From the NCBI GenBank assembly GCA_963714085.1, contig OY970229.1:928001-992000 (forward strand): 64,000 bases of DNA, read 5' to 3'. Below are positions 30,480-39,178 of this stretch, piece after piece. The notes beneath the pieces are model-generated. The model worked only from the letters and a program-made list of their open reading frames with translations. It had not been told where the DNA came from and did no database searches. Numbering within the stretch: position 1 is the stretch's first letter; every line of letters begins with the position of its first letter. Position numbers and translations under genes: made by a program. The stretch comes from an uncultured Candidatus Micrarchaeota archaeon (lineage in GTDB: Archaea > Micrarchaeota > Micrarchaeia > Anstonellales > Bilamarchaeaceae).

Positions 30480-31570
30480 ACGCCAATGAAATCGTGCTGG
30501 CCACGTTCCGCAAATACTACGAGAACGCGGAATTCGACATCCCCTCCATAGAGCAGAGGGAGTTCGGCATAGGCAACAGGAAGAAGATAGACTCCAGGCA
30601 CCTGAATTTCGCCAGCACGGCCGAGTTCAGGAGCTATCTGGTGTCCAACACGCCGCTGTTCGTCTCCTTCTCCACTGGCTATTACCGCTATCCCGGGGCG
30701 ACCCCGATGCAGAAGAAGGTGTGGACCGGGGCTGACCTGGTCTTCGACCTTGACATCCACGCGGAAGGCAAATACGGGGCATATGCGTTATTGGACAAGG
30801 TCAAAGCGGACGCGATACGGCTCATGGACATGCTGAAGGACGATTTCGGCATCTCCGGGAAGGAGATCCACGTGAACTTCTCCGGCAACCGGGGCTACCA
30901 CGTCCACGTCCGGGACAGGTCGTATCTCGAGATCGGGTCGGACGAGCGCAAGGAGATCGTCGACTACATAATGGGCATCGGGCTGGATTATCGGGCTTTC
31001 TTCGAGCCTGACTCCAAAAGGCCCAACGACAGGATAGAGCGCGGTCCCAGGCCAGACGAATGCGGCTACCGGGGCAGGTTCAGCCGCGCGGTGATAACGG
31101 AACTTGAAAACGATCCGAAGTCCCTATCGCGCGTTTTCGCGAAAGAGGAGACGAGGAAGCGCCTCATCGACGGCATAACGGCCGGGAACTGGAACAGCCA
31201 GCCGTTCAAGGTCAATGATTTCCTCGGCCGGCTCGCGCCGATTGCGGCGAAACTCGGATTGTCCAGCGTTAACACGGACGCGGGCGTGACCCAGGACCTC
31301 TCCAAGCTCATAAGGGTGCCGGAGTCCGTGCACGGCGACACCGGCCTGATCGCCAAGAAAGTGAGCGATATCAACAAGTTCGAGCCGTTCAGGGACGCGA
31401 TGCTGCCCGGGCCTAGCGGATCGTTGAGACTCAAGTTTATAGAAGACGTTCCTCAATTGGTTCTGGCGGGCGAGAGCGTCGGACCGTTCAAGAAAGACGA
31501 GGAAAAAGAATTCGAAAAATCCGCTGCCCTTTTCTATGTGCTCAAGGGCAGCGCGGAAATAAAGGAATAA
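30476..31570 (+). CDS. priS: DNA primase small (catalytic) subunit
   Basis: QREFG, ADLVFDLD, FSGNRGYHVH, D..VT.D...LIR.P.S.HG.TG; ATG 30476 overlaps the priL stop. Confidence 0.93.
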   Translation: MNANEIVLATFRKYYENAEFDIPSIEQREFGIGNRKKIDSRHLNFASTAEFRSYLVSNTPLFVSFSTGYYRYPGATPMQKKVWTGADLVFDLDIHAEGKYGAYALLDKVKADAIRLMDMLKDDFGISGKEIHVNFSGNRGYHVHVRDRSYLEIGSDERKEIVDYIMGIGLDYRAFFEPDSKRPNDRIERGPRPDECGYRGRFSRAVITELENDPKSLSRVFAKEETRKRLIDGITAGNWNSQPFKVNDFLGRLAPIAAKLGLSSVNTDAGVTQDLSKLIRVPESVHGDTGLIAKKVSDINKFEPFRDAMLPGPSGSLRLKFIEDVPQLVLAGESVGPFKKDEEKEFEKSAALFYVLKGSAEIKE

Positions 31571-31571
31571 A

Positions 31572-31970
31572 CTATTTCTTGTCCGACTTCTTCGGCATCT
31601 GTATCCTCTGCGGGAGGTACGGGGCCGCGAGCCCGAGCACCCTGGCCACCAGCGTGCCGTTGACAGAGCCCGAATAGTTCACGGTGGTCAGGATGCTGTC
31701 GGCATAGCCCTCCGGCAGCCTGTGGTTCCTGTCCCACTCGTTCTTTATCTGGTCCGCGAGCTTCTTCTCCTCCTTGGCGTATAGGATGCCCTTTATGGTG
31801 ATGTAGCCTATCTTATCCTCGTAGTTGGCCGTGTACTGGTATCTCAGCTCAATGTCCCCGCCTTCGACCTTGACGTCCATTATGGAGATGTCGACATTAA
31901 GGTTGGTGTATCCTTCCGTCTTGTCCTTTTTGCTCGACACTTCGAGTATCCTCTCTCCTGTTATTGGCAT
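31572..31970 (-). CDS. Conserved archaeal protein (SecB/arcadin-1-like fold suspected)
   Basis: Beta-rich N-half, W....LP and C-terminal helix plus LGLAAPYLP pattern. Confidence 0.55.
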   Translation of the reverse strand: MPITGERILEVSSKKDKTEGYTNLNVDISIMDVKVEGGDIELRYQYTANYEDKIGYITIKGILYAKEEKKLADQIKNEWDRNHRLPEGYADSILTTVNYSGSVNGTLVARVLGLAAPYLPQRIQMPKKSDKK

Positions 31971-32079
31971 ATTTATCCCTCCTTGATTCGTGGAATACGT
32001 ATCCCAGGAAAGGTATTAAAACGATTAGGGAACCCGGACTTCCACTATTCTTATTAAACCTTGCGTGAGAAATCACCCC

Positions 32080-33264
32080 ATGGTTTCTTTTGATCAAATC
32101 CTCTCAAGGCAATCCATCTTCAGGGATCAGTCCGTGCTCTCGCCGCACTTCGTCCCCAGGGTGCTGCCGTTCAGGGACATGCTGATCTCCGAGATAATGA
32201 CCTCCGTGTCCCCGGCCCTGAAAGGGAGGAAGCCGAGGAACCTCATACTATACGGGGCGACAGGCACAGGCAAGACCGTGAGCATGAAGCGGGTGATGGA
32301 GGAGTTCCAGGCGCAGAAGGCCGGCATACCCATGTTCTACCTCAACTGCAGGATATACAACTCACGCTACCGCATATTCCAGAAGGTGCTCAAGGAGCAT
32401 GTGCCAGAGATCGAGAAGTCCGGCTTCGGGCTGCCTTTCCTCTATGAAAAACTGCTCGAGCTGGCGAACCAGGGCCGGCAGCTGGTGATCGTGCTCGACG
32501 AGATAGACATGGTGAAGGACCTGGACGACCTGGTGTACACGCTCACCCGCGCCAATGACGAGCTCAAGGCCGGCGGGATATCCATAGTCGGCATATCGAA
32601 CAAGATATCATTCAAGGAGAAGCTGGACCCCAGGAGCCTCTCGAGCCTGTACGAGACCGAGCTCATGTTCCCGCCATACACGTCCGACCAGCTGCAGAGG
32701 ATCCTGTCCCAGAGGGTGAAGGACGGCTTCCAAGACGGGGTGGTCGAGCAGTCAGCGGTGAACCTGACCGCGGCCATAACCGCGCAGGACTCCGGGGACG
32801 CCAGGTACGCGCTCAAGCTCCTGCTAAAGGCGGGCGAGATGGCGGAGCAGGGCAACAGGAAGAAGCTGACAGACGAGGACGTGGAGGCGGCACGGCGCAA
32901 GGTCGAGCTTGACCTGGCAGCTGAGACCATGTCCACGCTGCCGGAGAACCACCAGGTGGTGCTCTATGCCATAGCCAAGCTGTCTCTCAGCGGCTCGAAA
33001 TACTCCCGTTTGGAGGGCATGGACGACTCGTTCCTGTTCTCCGGGGAGATATACGACGAATACGAGGCCCTCTGCAAGAAGCTCAGGAAAAGGCCGCGCT
33101 CGCTGCGCTGGTACAAGGAGTACCTCAACGACCTGGAGATGCTCGGCCTCATAACGACCACGCCGTCGTCCAAGGGCATACGCGGCCATACCACGCTGAT
33201 ACGTCTCGGGCACAACCCCAAGGACATAGAGAAGCTGCTCAAGGGCAAGCTGTCGCTGGACTGA
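32080..33264 (+). CDS. cdc6: Orc1/Cdc6 replication initiator
   Basis: YGATGTGKT, VLDEID, FPPY...QL..IL..R, GDARYAL, winged helix with LEMLGLI. Confidence 0.95.
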   Translation: MVSFDQILSRQSIFRDQSVLSPHFVPRVLPFRDMLISEIMTSVSPALKGRKPRNLILYGATGTGKTVSMKRVMEEFQAQKAGIPMFYLNCRIYNSRYRIFQKVLKEHVPEIEKSGFGLPFLYEKLLELANQGRQLVIVLDEIDMVKDLDDLVYTLTRANDELKAGGISIVGISNKISFKEKLDPRSLSSLYETELMFPPYTSDQLQRILSQRVKDGFQDGVVEQSAVNLTAAITAQDSGDARYALKLLLKAGEMAEQGNRKKLTDEDVEAARRKVELDLAAETMSTLPENHQVVLYAIAKLSLSGSKYSRLEGMDDSFLFSGEIYDEYEALCKKLRKRPRSLRWYKEYLNDLEMLGLITTTPSSKGIRGHTTLIRLGHNPKDIEKLLKGKLSLD

Positions 33265-33348
33265 TTGGCCGGAATGCACACATTTTAATATTCTTTTGCG
33301 CACATATATGTATACAACGAAACTCCCAAATATACCCAAGGCGAGAGC

Positions 33349-34533
33349 ATGGAGAGTCCGAACCGGCAGATTGTATTGAAACGCAGCGACATGCGGCTGG
33401 ATCGGAGCTGCTTTGCTCCCTGGAGAAGGGATTTGCCCGAAAAGTTCCTGCTGCAGATTGCAAGGCAACAACCATTCCTGATCGACCCGCTCAAAGACTA
33501 TCTCACATGCGGCAATGACGTGATTGTGCGCCAGGTAGCCGAGCACATCAGTGCGCACGGCCCGCTCCAGCATCCGAATCCATCAAAGAATGGTTATGTT
33601 ATCGGAATAAAGGAATGTACCGACTCCAGGGCGGTGACTACCGACTTGGCATTCCTGCTCGAATATGAGACAGTCCATCAGAGAACTGCCGGCAGTAGTA
33701 TCCGCAAGGCCAAGATATTCAAAACGCTTGCTCCCGGTGGCCTCGCGGTTGTCACGAGTCACCTCGCCTGCGGCGCAACCGATATTGCTCATAAGCTTGT
33801 GGGCCATGAAAAACCGGACATAGACCCATATGTTCTATCCCTAATAACCAGCATCCCATACCATGTGCGGGCCGAACCAAACCCGGCCATCCGCGATCCT
33901 GAGAACGCGATTGCGCACGCTTTCTCTGCGACAAGATTGCTCAAGCTCGCTGGCAGGGAAGATATCATCGTATGCCCTTCATATCTCGATTGGACACAAC
34001 CCGAGCCTTTCAATTGGCTTGAGTGTGCCCCACAATCCCCTTGCGCCGCGCGTTTGAAGGAGACTGCCAAAAGAATGACTGAATATGCCATGGCAGAGGG
34101 CAGGGATTTCAACACCCAGTACGCTATGCTCACGTTGCTCTGCGATGCTTGTCGTTTTGGCCGTATTGACGGCCCGCGCGAGGTATTCGGTGAGCTCGGC
34201 GACGCGATATTCTGCGTAAATGCCGACTTCCGCAGCTTTGATCCGTCATTGCGTCCCCGGCAGAAGCACATATCAAACACTGCCATGGGTTCTGTGATGT
34301 ACGCCGCTTATGACCACTTCCACGGTAATTATGGCCATGTGGCTGGAGTCGGAGGGCGTCAAGGCACTCACATACTCGGCATCATGGATGTATGCGCTAC
34401 AACTCTCCACAACGTCAAGAAGCATCTGCTGGATAACTACCCTTTGATACGCGACCTCACAGAGTACGGCAAGCGGATACTCCTCATACACTACGATAGG
34501 GGTACGGCTAAAATCACGTTCCTGAATGACTGA
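33349..34533 (+). CDS. Divergent beta-carbonic-anhydrase-fold protein, probably two domains
   Basis: CTDSR, RTAGS, SHLACGA; second half has a degenerate copy (P.EVFG..G.AIF, GSVMYA). Confidence 0.5.
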   Translation: MESPNRQIVLKRSDMRLDRSCFAPWRRDLPEKFLLQIARQQPFLIDPLKDYLTCGNDVIVRQVAEHISAHGPLQHPNPSKNGYVIGIKECTDSRAVTTDLAFLLEYETVHQRTAGSSIRKAKIFKTLAPGGLAVVTSHLACGATDIAHKLVGHEKPDIDPYVLSLITSIPYHVRAEPNPAIRDPENAIAHAFSATRLLKLAGREDIIVCPSYLDWTQPEPFNWLECAPQSPCAARLKETAKRMTEYAMAEGRDFNTQYAMLTLLCDACRFGRIDGPREVFGELGDAIFCVNADFRSFDPSLRPRQKHISNTAMGSVMYAAYDHFHGNYGHVAGVGGRQGTHILGIMDVCATTLHNVKKHLLDNYPLIRDLTEYGKRILLIHYDRGTAKITFLND

Positions 34534-34893
34534 TTATTTCCTTCCCGCGAGCCAATAGGCCCCGCCGAAAACAAGCATCCCCAGCACCGCCACCGGCGCA
34601 TAGACCCTGAACACCGGCGATACGACGGCAATCATCAGGAGCCCCACGAACACTATGGCCAGCTTGCCGCTCAGGCCCCTTATGTCGAGCACATCAGTGC
34701 TTTCAGGCTCCGGTGCGACGGCCTCCTCGGGCATCTCCTTCTTCGGAAGTTCCTTCGCCTTCTGGGTGAACTGTGGCTTGTCGGTCGGCATGCCCTGGTA
34801 GCCGCATCTGGGGCAGTCAGCCTTGCCGCTGATGAACACGTTGCTCAGGTCCATCTCCGCGCCGCACTTGGGGCAAAATTTCTGATCCACCAT
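34534..34893 (-). CDS. Zinc-ribbon membrane protein
   Basis: FCPKCG and CPRCGY plus two C-terminal TM helices. Confidence 0.7.
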   Translation of the reverse strand: MVDQKFCPKCGAEMDLSNVFISGKADCPRCGYQGMPTDKPQFTQKAKELPKKEMPEEAVAPEPESTDVLDIRGLSGKLAIVFVGLLMIAVVSPVFRVYAPVAVLGMLVFGGAYWLAGRK

Positions 34894-34972
34894 GTGGTAC
34901 CAACTTTTTAAGCCTCATAAAACTACTTAATATTATGTGTCACGACCCTGAATGAAAAAAGAAAAATGAATC

Positions 34973-35251
34973 CTACTCCGGTATCAGCGGGTTCCTTTCG
35001 TCGGTGATCAGCAGCTGGTACGCACTGGCCTGCGCATGATAAACGCAGTACTTCTTCAGCCAACCGGTGAGGGTCGCGTTCCTCTTGCCCGTGAAGAGGA
35101 TAAACAGCCACTGTAGTGCAAAACATATGAGTGCTATTATTGCGAAGAAGAACAGGACGATGCACGTGATTATCGCCCACACCCACCTCACTATCAATTC
35201 TACGCGCGAAGCCTTATCATCGCTTTTGAGGTCGACCTTGACCGTGTTCAT
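34973..35251 (-). CDS. DUF4389-like small membrane protein
   Basis: QWLFILFTGKR and Y..L.TDERNP; ATG at 35251. Confidence 0.7.
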   Translation of the reverse strand: MNTVKVDLKSDDKASRVELIVRWVWAIITCIVLFFFAIIALICFALQWLFILFTGKRNATLTGWLKKYCVYHAQASAYQLLITDERNPLIPE

Positions 35252-35359
35252 AAAACACCACCCACGTAGCGATTCGGAGATAAATTTAATAAGAATGCAG
35301 TTTACGACCCGCTTCCGGCCCACTGCCCCTTCCGGCCGTACGGCATTTCCACGTTAAAT

Positions 35360-35425
35360 GATGTCAGCTCTCAAGATCTTCGTCACAGGGTCGCCCCTCA
35401 GAGGTATTGCATTTTCATCACTGAT
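35360..35425 (-). ncRNA. Box C/D guide sRNA
   Basis: GUGAUGA (35421-15), 13-nt guide, CUGA, gggcgaccc hairpin, GUGACGA, 12-nt guide, CUGA (35367-64); TTTATTTA about 25 nt upstream. Confidence 0.8.
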
Positions 35426-35485
35426 TATTATTAGGGGGCTAAGGATAAATAAACCCGCCGGGAGAAGGCGGCAAACGATGATGGA

Positions 35486-35550
35486 CGGTTCAGATGTGAT
35501 AATTTCCTCATCGGACTGAGTCCTCGGCCTGTCGAACAGTCATCATGTAG
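35486..35550 (-). ncRNA. Box C/D guide sRNA candidate
   Basis: AUGAUGA (35546-40), 12-nt guide, CCGA, ggac/gucc stem, GAUGA, 14-nt guide, CUGA (35493-90); TTTATA at 35579-74. Confidence 0.7.
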
Positions 35551-35607
35551 GATGAGATAAGGTAGAACGAGAATATAAACAGGAGTAAAAAGGAAGAAAA
35601 GGAAAAA

Positions 35608-36534
35608 TCAGAGGTTGACCTTGAGGCCGAGCTCCTTCTTGAGCTCGCGGTACCTGTTCCTGATGGTGACCTCGGTCACTCCTGCGACGTCGGCGACCTC
35701 CTTCTGGGTCTTCTTCTCTCCGAACATCGCGCTCGCGATGTAGAGCGCCGCGGCGGCCACGCCGGTCGGTCCCCTGCCTGAGATCAAACCTTTCTTGAGC
35801 GCCTTCTTTATTAGCCTGGTGGCCTCCTCCTGCACCTTGCCGCCCAGCCTGAGCGCGGTCGCGAACTTCGGCACGTACTGCGCCGGGTCGGTGAGCGGGA
35901 CGTTCACGTCCAGCTCGGTCTTCAGGAACCGGTATGCCCTGCCGATCTCCTTCTTCTCTATGCCGGACGCCCTGGATATCTCGTCCAACGTCCTGGGTAT
36001 GCCCTGCATCCTGCAGATGGCGTAGATGACCGCTGCGACCACGGATTCGATCAGCCTTCCGCGGATGAGCTCCTCCTTAACCGCCCTCCTGTAGAGGAGC
36101 GCGGCGGACTCCTTGATGTTCTCCGGAAGCCCCAGCGAGGATGCCACGCGGTCGAGCTCTGCTAGCGCGATGACCAGGTTCCTCTCCATGGACGTTGCGA
36201 TGGACACCCTCTTGTGCCATTTCCTCATCCTGTAGAGCTGGGCCTGCTTCTTGGGCGATATCTTCCCGCCCCTGATGTCCCTGTTATATTGGTCGATCTC
36301 GGTCACGAGTCCCTTGTTCGGCCTCATGTACTTTATCGGAGCGCCGCCCCTGGCCCTCTTGCCCTTCTGCTCGGCGTCGAAGGCGCGCCACTCCGGACCT
36401 AGGTCTTGGATGTTCTCGGCGATGATGAGCCCGCACTGGGCGCAGAGTACCTCTCCTTTCTCGTAGTCCCTGATGAGCCTGCTCCCCTTGCACTCAGGGC
36501 ATTTTGATACAGTCGTAGCTGCTTGTGTTGCCAT
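35608..36534 (-). CDS. tfb: Transcription initiation factor IIB
   Basis: CPEC..C..CG zinc ribbon, GPEWRAF B-reader, two cyclin repeats, VTEVTIRNRY; GGAGG RBS. Confidence 0.97.
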   Translation of the reverse strand: MATQAATTVSKCPECKGSRLIRDYEKGEVLCAQCGLIIAENIQDLGPEWRAFDAEQKGKRARGGAPIKYMRPNKGLVTEIDQYNRDIRGGKISPKKQAQLYRMRKWHKRVSIATSMERNLVIALAELDRVASSLGLPENIKESAALLYRRAVKEELIRGRLIESVVAAVIYAICRMQGIPRTLDEISRASGIEKKEIGRAYRFLKTELDVNVPLTDPAQYVPKFATALRLGGKVQEEATRLIKKALKKGLISGRGPTGVAAAALYIASAMFGEKKTQKEVADVAGVTEVTIRNRYRELKKELGLKVNL

Positions 36535-36602
36535 GTCAAAACCTCCCGATTCGCATAATAAGTTTTATAAATGTTACTCAGACGGGGTTTATATACCTGC
36601 GC

Positions 36603-36663
36603 TTTTTTCGGGCCTTGCACATAAACTATGGCCTGCACATAAATTGGGGGGTTTGCACATAAA
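36603..36663 (+). repeat. Left end: TTTTTTC duplication plus three TGCACATAAA motifs
   Basis: Motifs start at 36616, 36634 and 36654. Confidence 0.9.
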
Positions 36664-36685
36664 TTAAGGGAAAAAAATAATAACT

Positions 36686-36925
36686 TCATATCCGGTGTTT
36701 CTCAATGAAGGTAAGGAGTTCTCCTATTGAGTGAAACATTGCGCTATCCCCGCTTTGGGCGTGTTCGACACTTCCTTCCCAAAAGTGTCTAGTGAACCTT
36801 TTGCTCAGGGCGTTTGAGCGTATGTCGTGCCCTCTTGCCGATAGTTTAGCCTTGCTCATATCCCAAAGCCGGATTACAAATTTCGGCATGTCGCCCTTTC
36901 TTTTTACTTCGATTGTACTCTTCAT
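36686..36925 (-). CDS. Small hypothetical protein (element cargo)
   Basis: 79-aa ORF with GAGG RBS-like sequence; directly follows the 135-aa gene. Confidence 0.6.
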   Translation of the reverse strand: MKSTIEVKRKGDMPKFVIRLWDMSKAKLSARGHDIRSNALSKRFTRHFWEGSVEHAQSGDSAMFHSIGELLTFIEKHRI

Positions 36926-36935
36926 GTAATCGCCT

Positions 36936-37343
36936 CTAAACTTTCCCTTTTTTCGCCTTGAAGCTCTTCGCGTACTCCTCCAAAGACTTGCCAGTCAGAT
37001 CCTTGACTTGCTTGTCTGCCCAATAGCTCAAACTGACCTTATTGTCATGAGTCCACTGGAGGCTCGCACGCTTTCCGGTGAAAAATCCGGCAGATCCCTT
37101 CTTATCCTTGCCCATCTCGACCCAAAGTTCGTCGACCCGCTCTTTTGGTATCGGAGCTCCGTTAGCCTCGTTGTAGATTCGGCTCCAGAGCTCCATGCGG
37201 TCCTTCATCCAGCTAGGAATCTCGGCTTCGAGTCCCTCCTCCTGAACCTGCAATTCGGCCAAAAGAGTCGACGCTTCTTCCAACAGTCCCTGTATTTTCT
37301 CGATTTTTTCTTTTTCCTTGGTCATAAAATCCTCCTCCGCCAT
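36936..37343 (-). CDS. Hypothetical protein (element cargo), coiled N-terminus
   Basis: 135-aa ORF downstream of an AT-rich, TATA-containing region. Confidence 0.65.
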   Translation of the reverse strand: MAEEDFMTKEKEKIEKIQGLLEEASTLLAELQVQEEGLEAEIPSWMKDRMELWSRIYNEANGAPIPKERVDELWVEMGKDKKGSAGFFTGKRASLQWTHDNKVSLSYWADKQVKDLTGKSLEEYAKSFKAKKGKV

Positions 37344-37480
37344 ACTTATTTTCTTATTAATATTATATAGTATAGATATACTGTTTTATAAATATATCAT
37401 TTTTATCAAGTTTTGAGAATAGAACAATAAAAAAGAATGTCGTCTAAAAGTGTTTTTAAATCTCTTCTTCGTAAGATTAT

Positions 37481-37567
37481 TGGTGTTCGGTACCTTTGGG
37501 GAACCCAAGGCCCCTAACGGGTTCGATCGATGAGATCGCCAACGGTAATGAGCCAAAGGGTGCACCA
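37481..37567 (+). promoter_or_regulatory. Multi-branched structured leader or ncRNA upstream of the RNase H-PIN gene
   Basis: Pairings tggtg/cacca, cctttgg/ccaaagg, gaaccc/gggttc, gatc/gatc; TTTTTAAA about 25 nt upstream. Confidence 0.45.
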
Positions 37568-37577
37568 CATTGTATTC

Positions 37578-39065
37578 ATGGCATCCAAAGTCTACAGCAT
37601 CCCCAGCAAGGATGCATTTCTCGCCTTTAAACAGAGCATTTCGACTCGTTTCACTTTAGATAGTCTGGCGCCCAAACAGCACATGGAAGATTCTTTTTCA
37701 ATCAAGTCCCCGAGCGGCAATCTCAAGGTCGATTACTATGCGTCCGGAAAGCTCGTTTTACAAGGCAACGAAGGCATGCCGGTTTTTATAGCAATGAAAT
37801 CCGAGTTGGACAAGGCGTTCACACCTCTAGAAAAGCAAAGCCCCGCAGAAGCGGCAATCGACTTGTTTTTAATAGATAAAAAGTTCTTTATAGGAGGAGA
37901 TGAAGCAGGAACCGGAGAAACGTTTGGGAGCGCCTTTGTCGGCGTCATTGCATTCGAAAAAGAGTCCCTAAAGCAGCTCGCCGATTTCATTAAAGTGCGC
38001 GATGTGAAAAATGAGGGTAGGCAGGGCATCGGAAGCTTATTCCGTGCTGCCAAAAAACACATGTCAGCTTACAGAATAACCCCGATTACGGCATACCAGC
38101 TCGACATAAACAACAAGAATGTTCTTTTGGACGAGACATATGTTTCGCTTTTAAAAGAGCTGAAAGAGTATCTGCCCGCTTCCTGCATCATCATAGATGA
38201 TTACGGCGCAGGCCCACACTTACGTAATTTTTTGAAGAAATGCGAAGCAGAAGGCGCCCGCGTAATATTGGTCAACAAAGCCGATGCAACATACCTACCG
38301 TCGATGCTTGCTTCTGTTGTTGCCAGGGATGCGCGCCTGGAGGACATGGAGAAGTTGTCAGCAGAAAATGTCCTGATTAATAACGAGACAAACGAAAGCA
38401 TCGCCTTCACAAGCGGAAGCCCCTCAGATTCCAGCACGGAAAAATGGCTTCGGGAGTATAGGAAGATTAATCCGCACTCAGATTTTCCGCCTTTTGTCAG
38501 GAGAAAATGGGCTAATGTAATTCGGATTGAAAAAGAAGTCCCCAAGTCCAGCTTCGAGTACGCTTATACTTGCGCAAACTGCAAAGAAAAGGTGGGCAAA
38601 TCGTATTTTACCTTTCATAAAATAAAGAACGCGACTGAAATGCTATGCGCATGCGGTGCACCCATCGGAAAAAGCGAGATTACTACGACGTTCGGTAAAT
38701 GCTCGTTGGTACTAGATACGAGTGCCGTGATTGGCCGGATTCTTTCAAAGGACTTAGAGACATCGAGGTTAACGGCGGGCATGAAGGTTATACTACCTTC
38801 GTGTCTATATGAAGAATTAGACAAAAAAGAACCGGACAAAAGAAGGGGGGCTCTTCGCGAAATCGATTTTCTGAAGAAGAAAAGCGACGAAGGACTTATT
38901 CGGTTTGAAGAAGCGGATGTGTCTGCATGGGTTGGCATGTCATATGATGATCAAATCAAATATCTAGCGCAAACAAAAAAGGCAATTCTTTTGACCCAAG
39001 ACCGGAATCTCGCTGCTTGGACCGCCCTGGGGACATTCGTGTTCGAGATTAAGGTATTCGGCTAG
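37578..39065 (+). CDS. Fusion: TBP-like domain, RNase HII/HIII nuclease, Zn finger, PIN domain
   Basis: YYASGKLVLQG; IGGDEAGTGETFG, IIDDY, KAD....SMLAS..AR, SGSPSD..T..WL; CANC/CACG; VLDTSAVI...EEL...DD...LLTQDRNL. Confidence 0.8.
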   Translation: MASKVYSIPSKDAFLAFKQSISTRFTLDSLAPKQHMEDSFSIKSPSGNLKVDYYASGKLVLQGNEGMPVFIAMKSELDKAFTPLEKQSPAEAAIDLFLIDKKFFIGGDEAGTGETFGSAFVGVIAFEKESLKQLADFIKVRDVKNEGRQGIGSLFRAAKKHMSAYRITPITAYQLDINNKNVLLDETYVSLLKELKEYLPASCIIIDDYGAGPHLRNFLKKCEAEGARVILVNKADATYLPSMLASVVARDARLEDMEKLSAENVLINNETNESIAFTSGSPSDSSTEKWLREYRKINPHSDFPPFVRRKWANVIRIEKEVPKSSFEYAYTCANCKEKVGKSYFTFHKIKNATEMLCACGAPIGKSEITTTFGKCSLVLDTSAVIGRILSKDLETSRLTAGMKVILPSCLYEELDKKEPDKRRGALREIDFLKKKSDEGLIRFEEADVSAWVGMSYDDQIKYLAQTKKAILLTQDRNLAAWTALGTFVFEIKVFG

Positions 39066-39153
39066 TTTGTTTGTCTATAAAAGACTGGCGATGCGGGCTC
39101 CAAGTAACCAAAAACTAAACTAACAAGAAGCCAGGCGCGGTTATTCTACTCCC

Positions 39154-39178
39154 AACGACTTGACGAACTCCAGTCGTT
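39154..39178. terminator. Hairpin between convergent cargo genes
   Basis: aacgact (39154-60) pairs with agtcgtt (39172-78). Confidence 0.4.

Noticed and set aside
31971..32079. Replication origin next to cdc6
   Set aside because: The gap is short, with only loose TCC/GGAA fragments, no repeated ORB with G-string and no clear unwinding element.
33275..33310. tgcacacatt / cgcacatata as further transposon-end motifs
   Set aside because: Two mismatches or more each, no GGG terminus and no phased triplet.
36616..36663. TGCACATAAA arrays as a mini-CRISPR
   Set aside because: Repeats are 10 bp with 8-10 nt spacers, far too short, and there are no cas genes in the window.
37481..37567. tRNA gene (GGTTCGA and terminal CACCA)
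   Set aside because: Arm lengths and T-stem pairing do not fit a cloverleaf.
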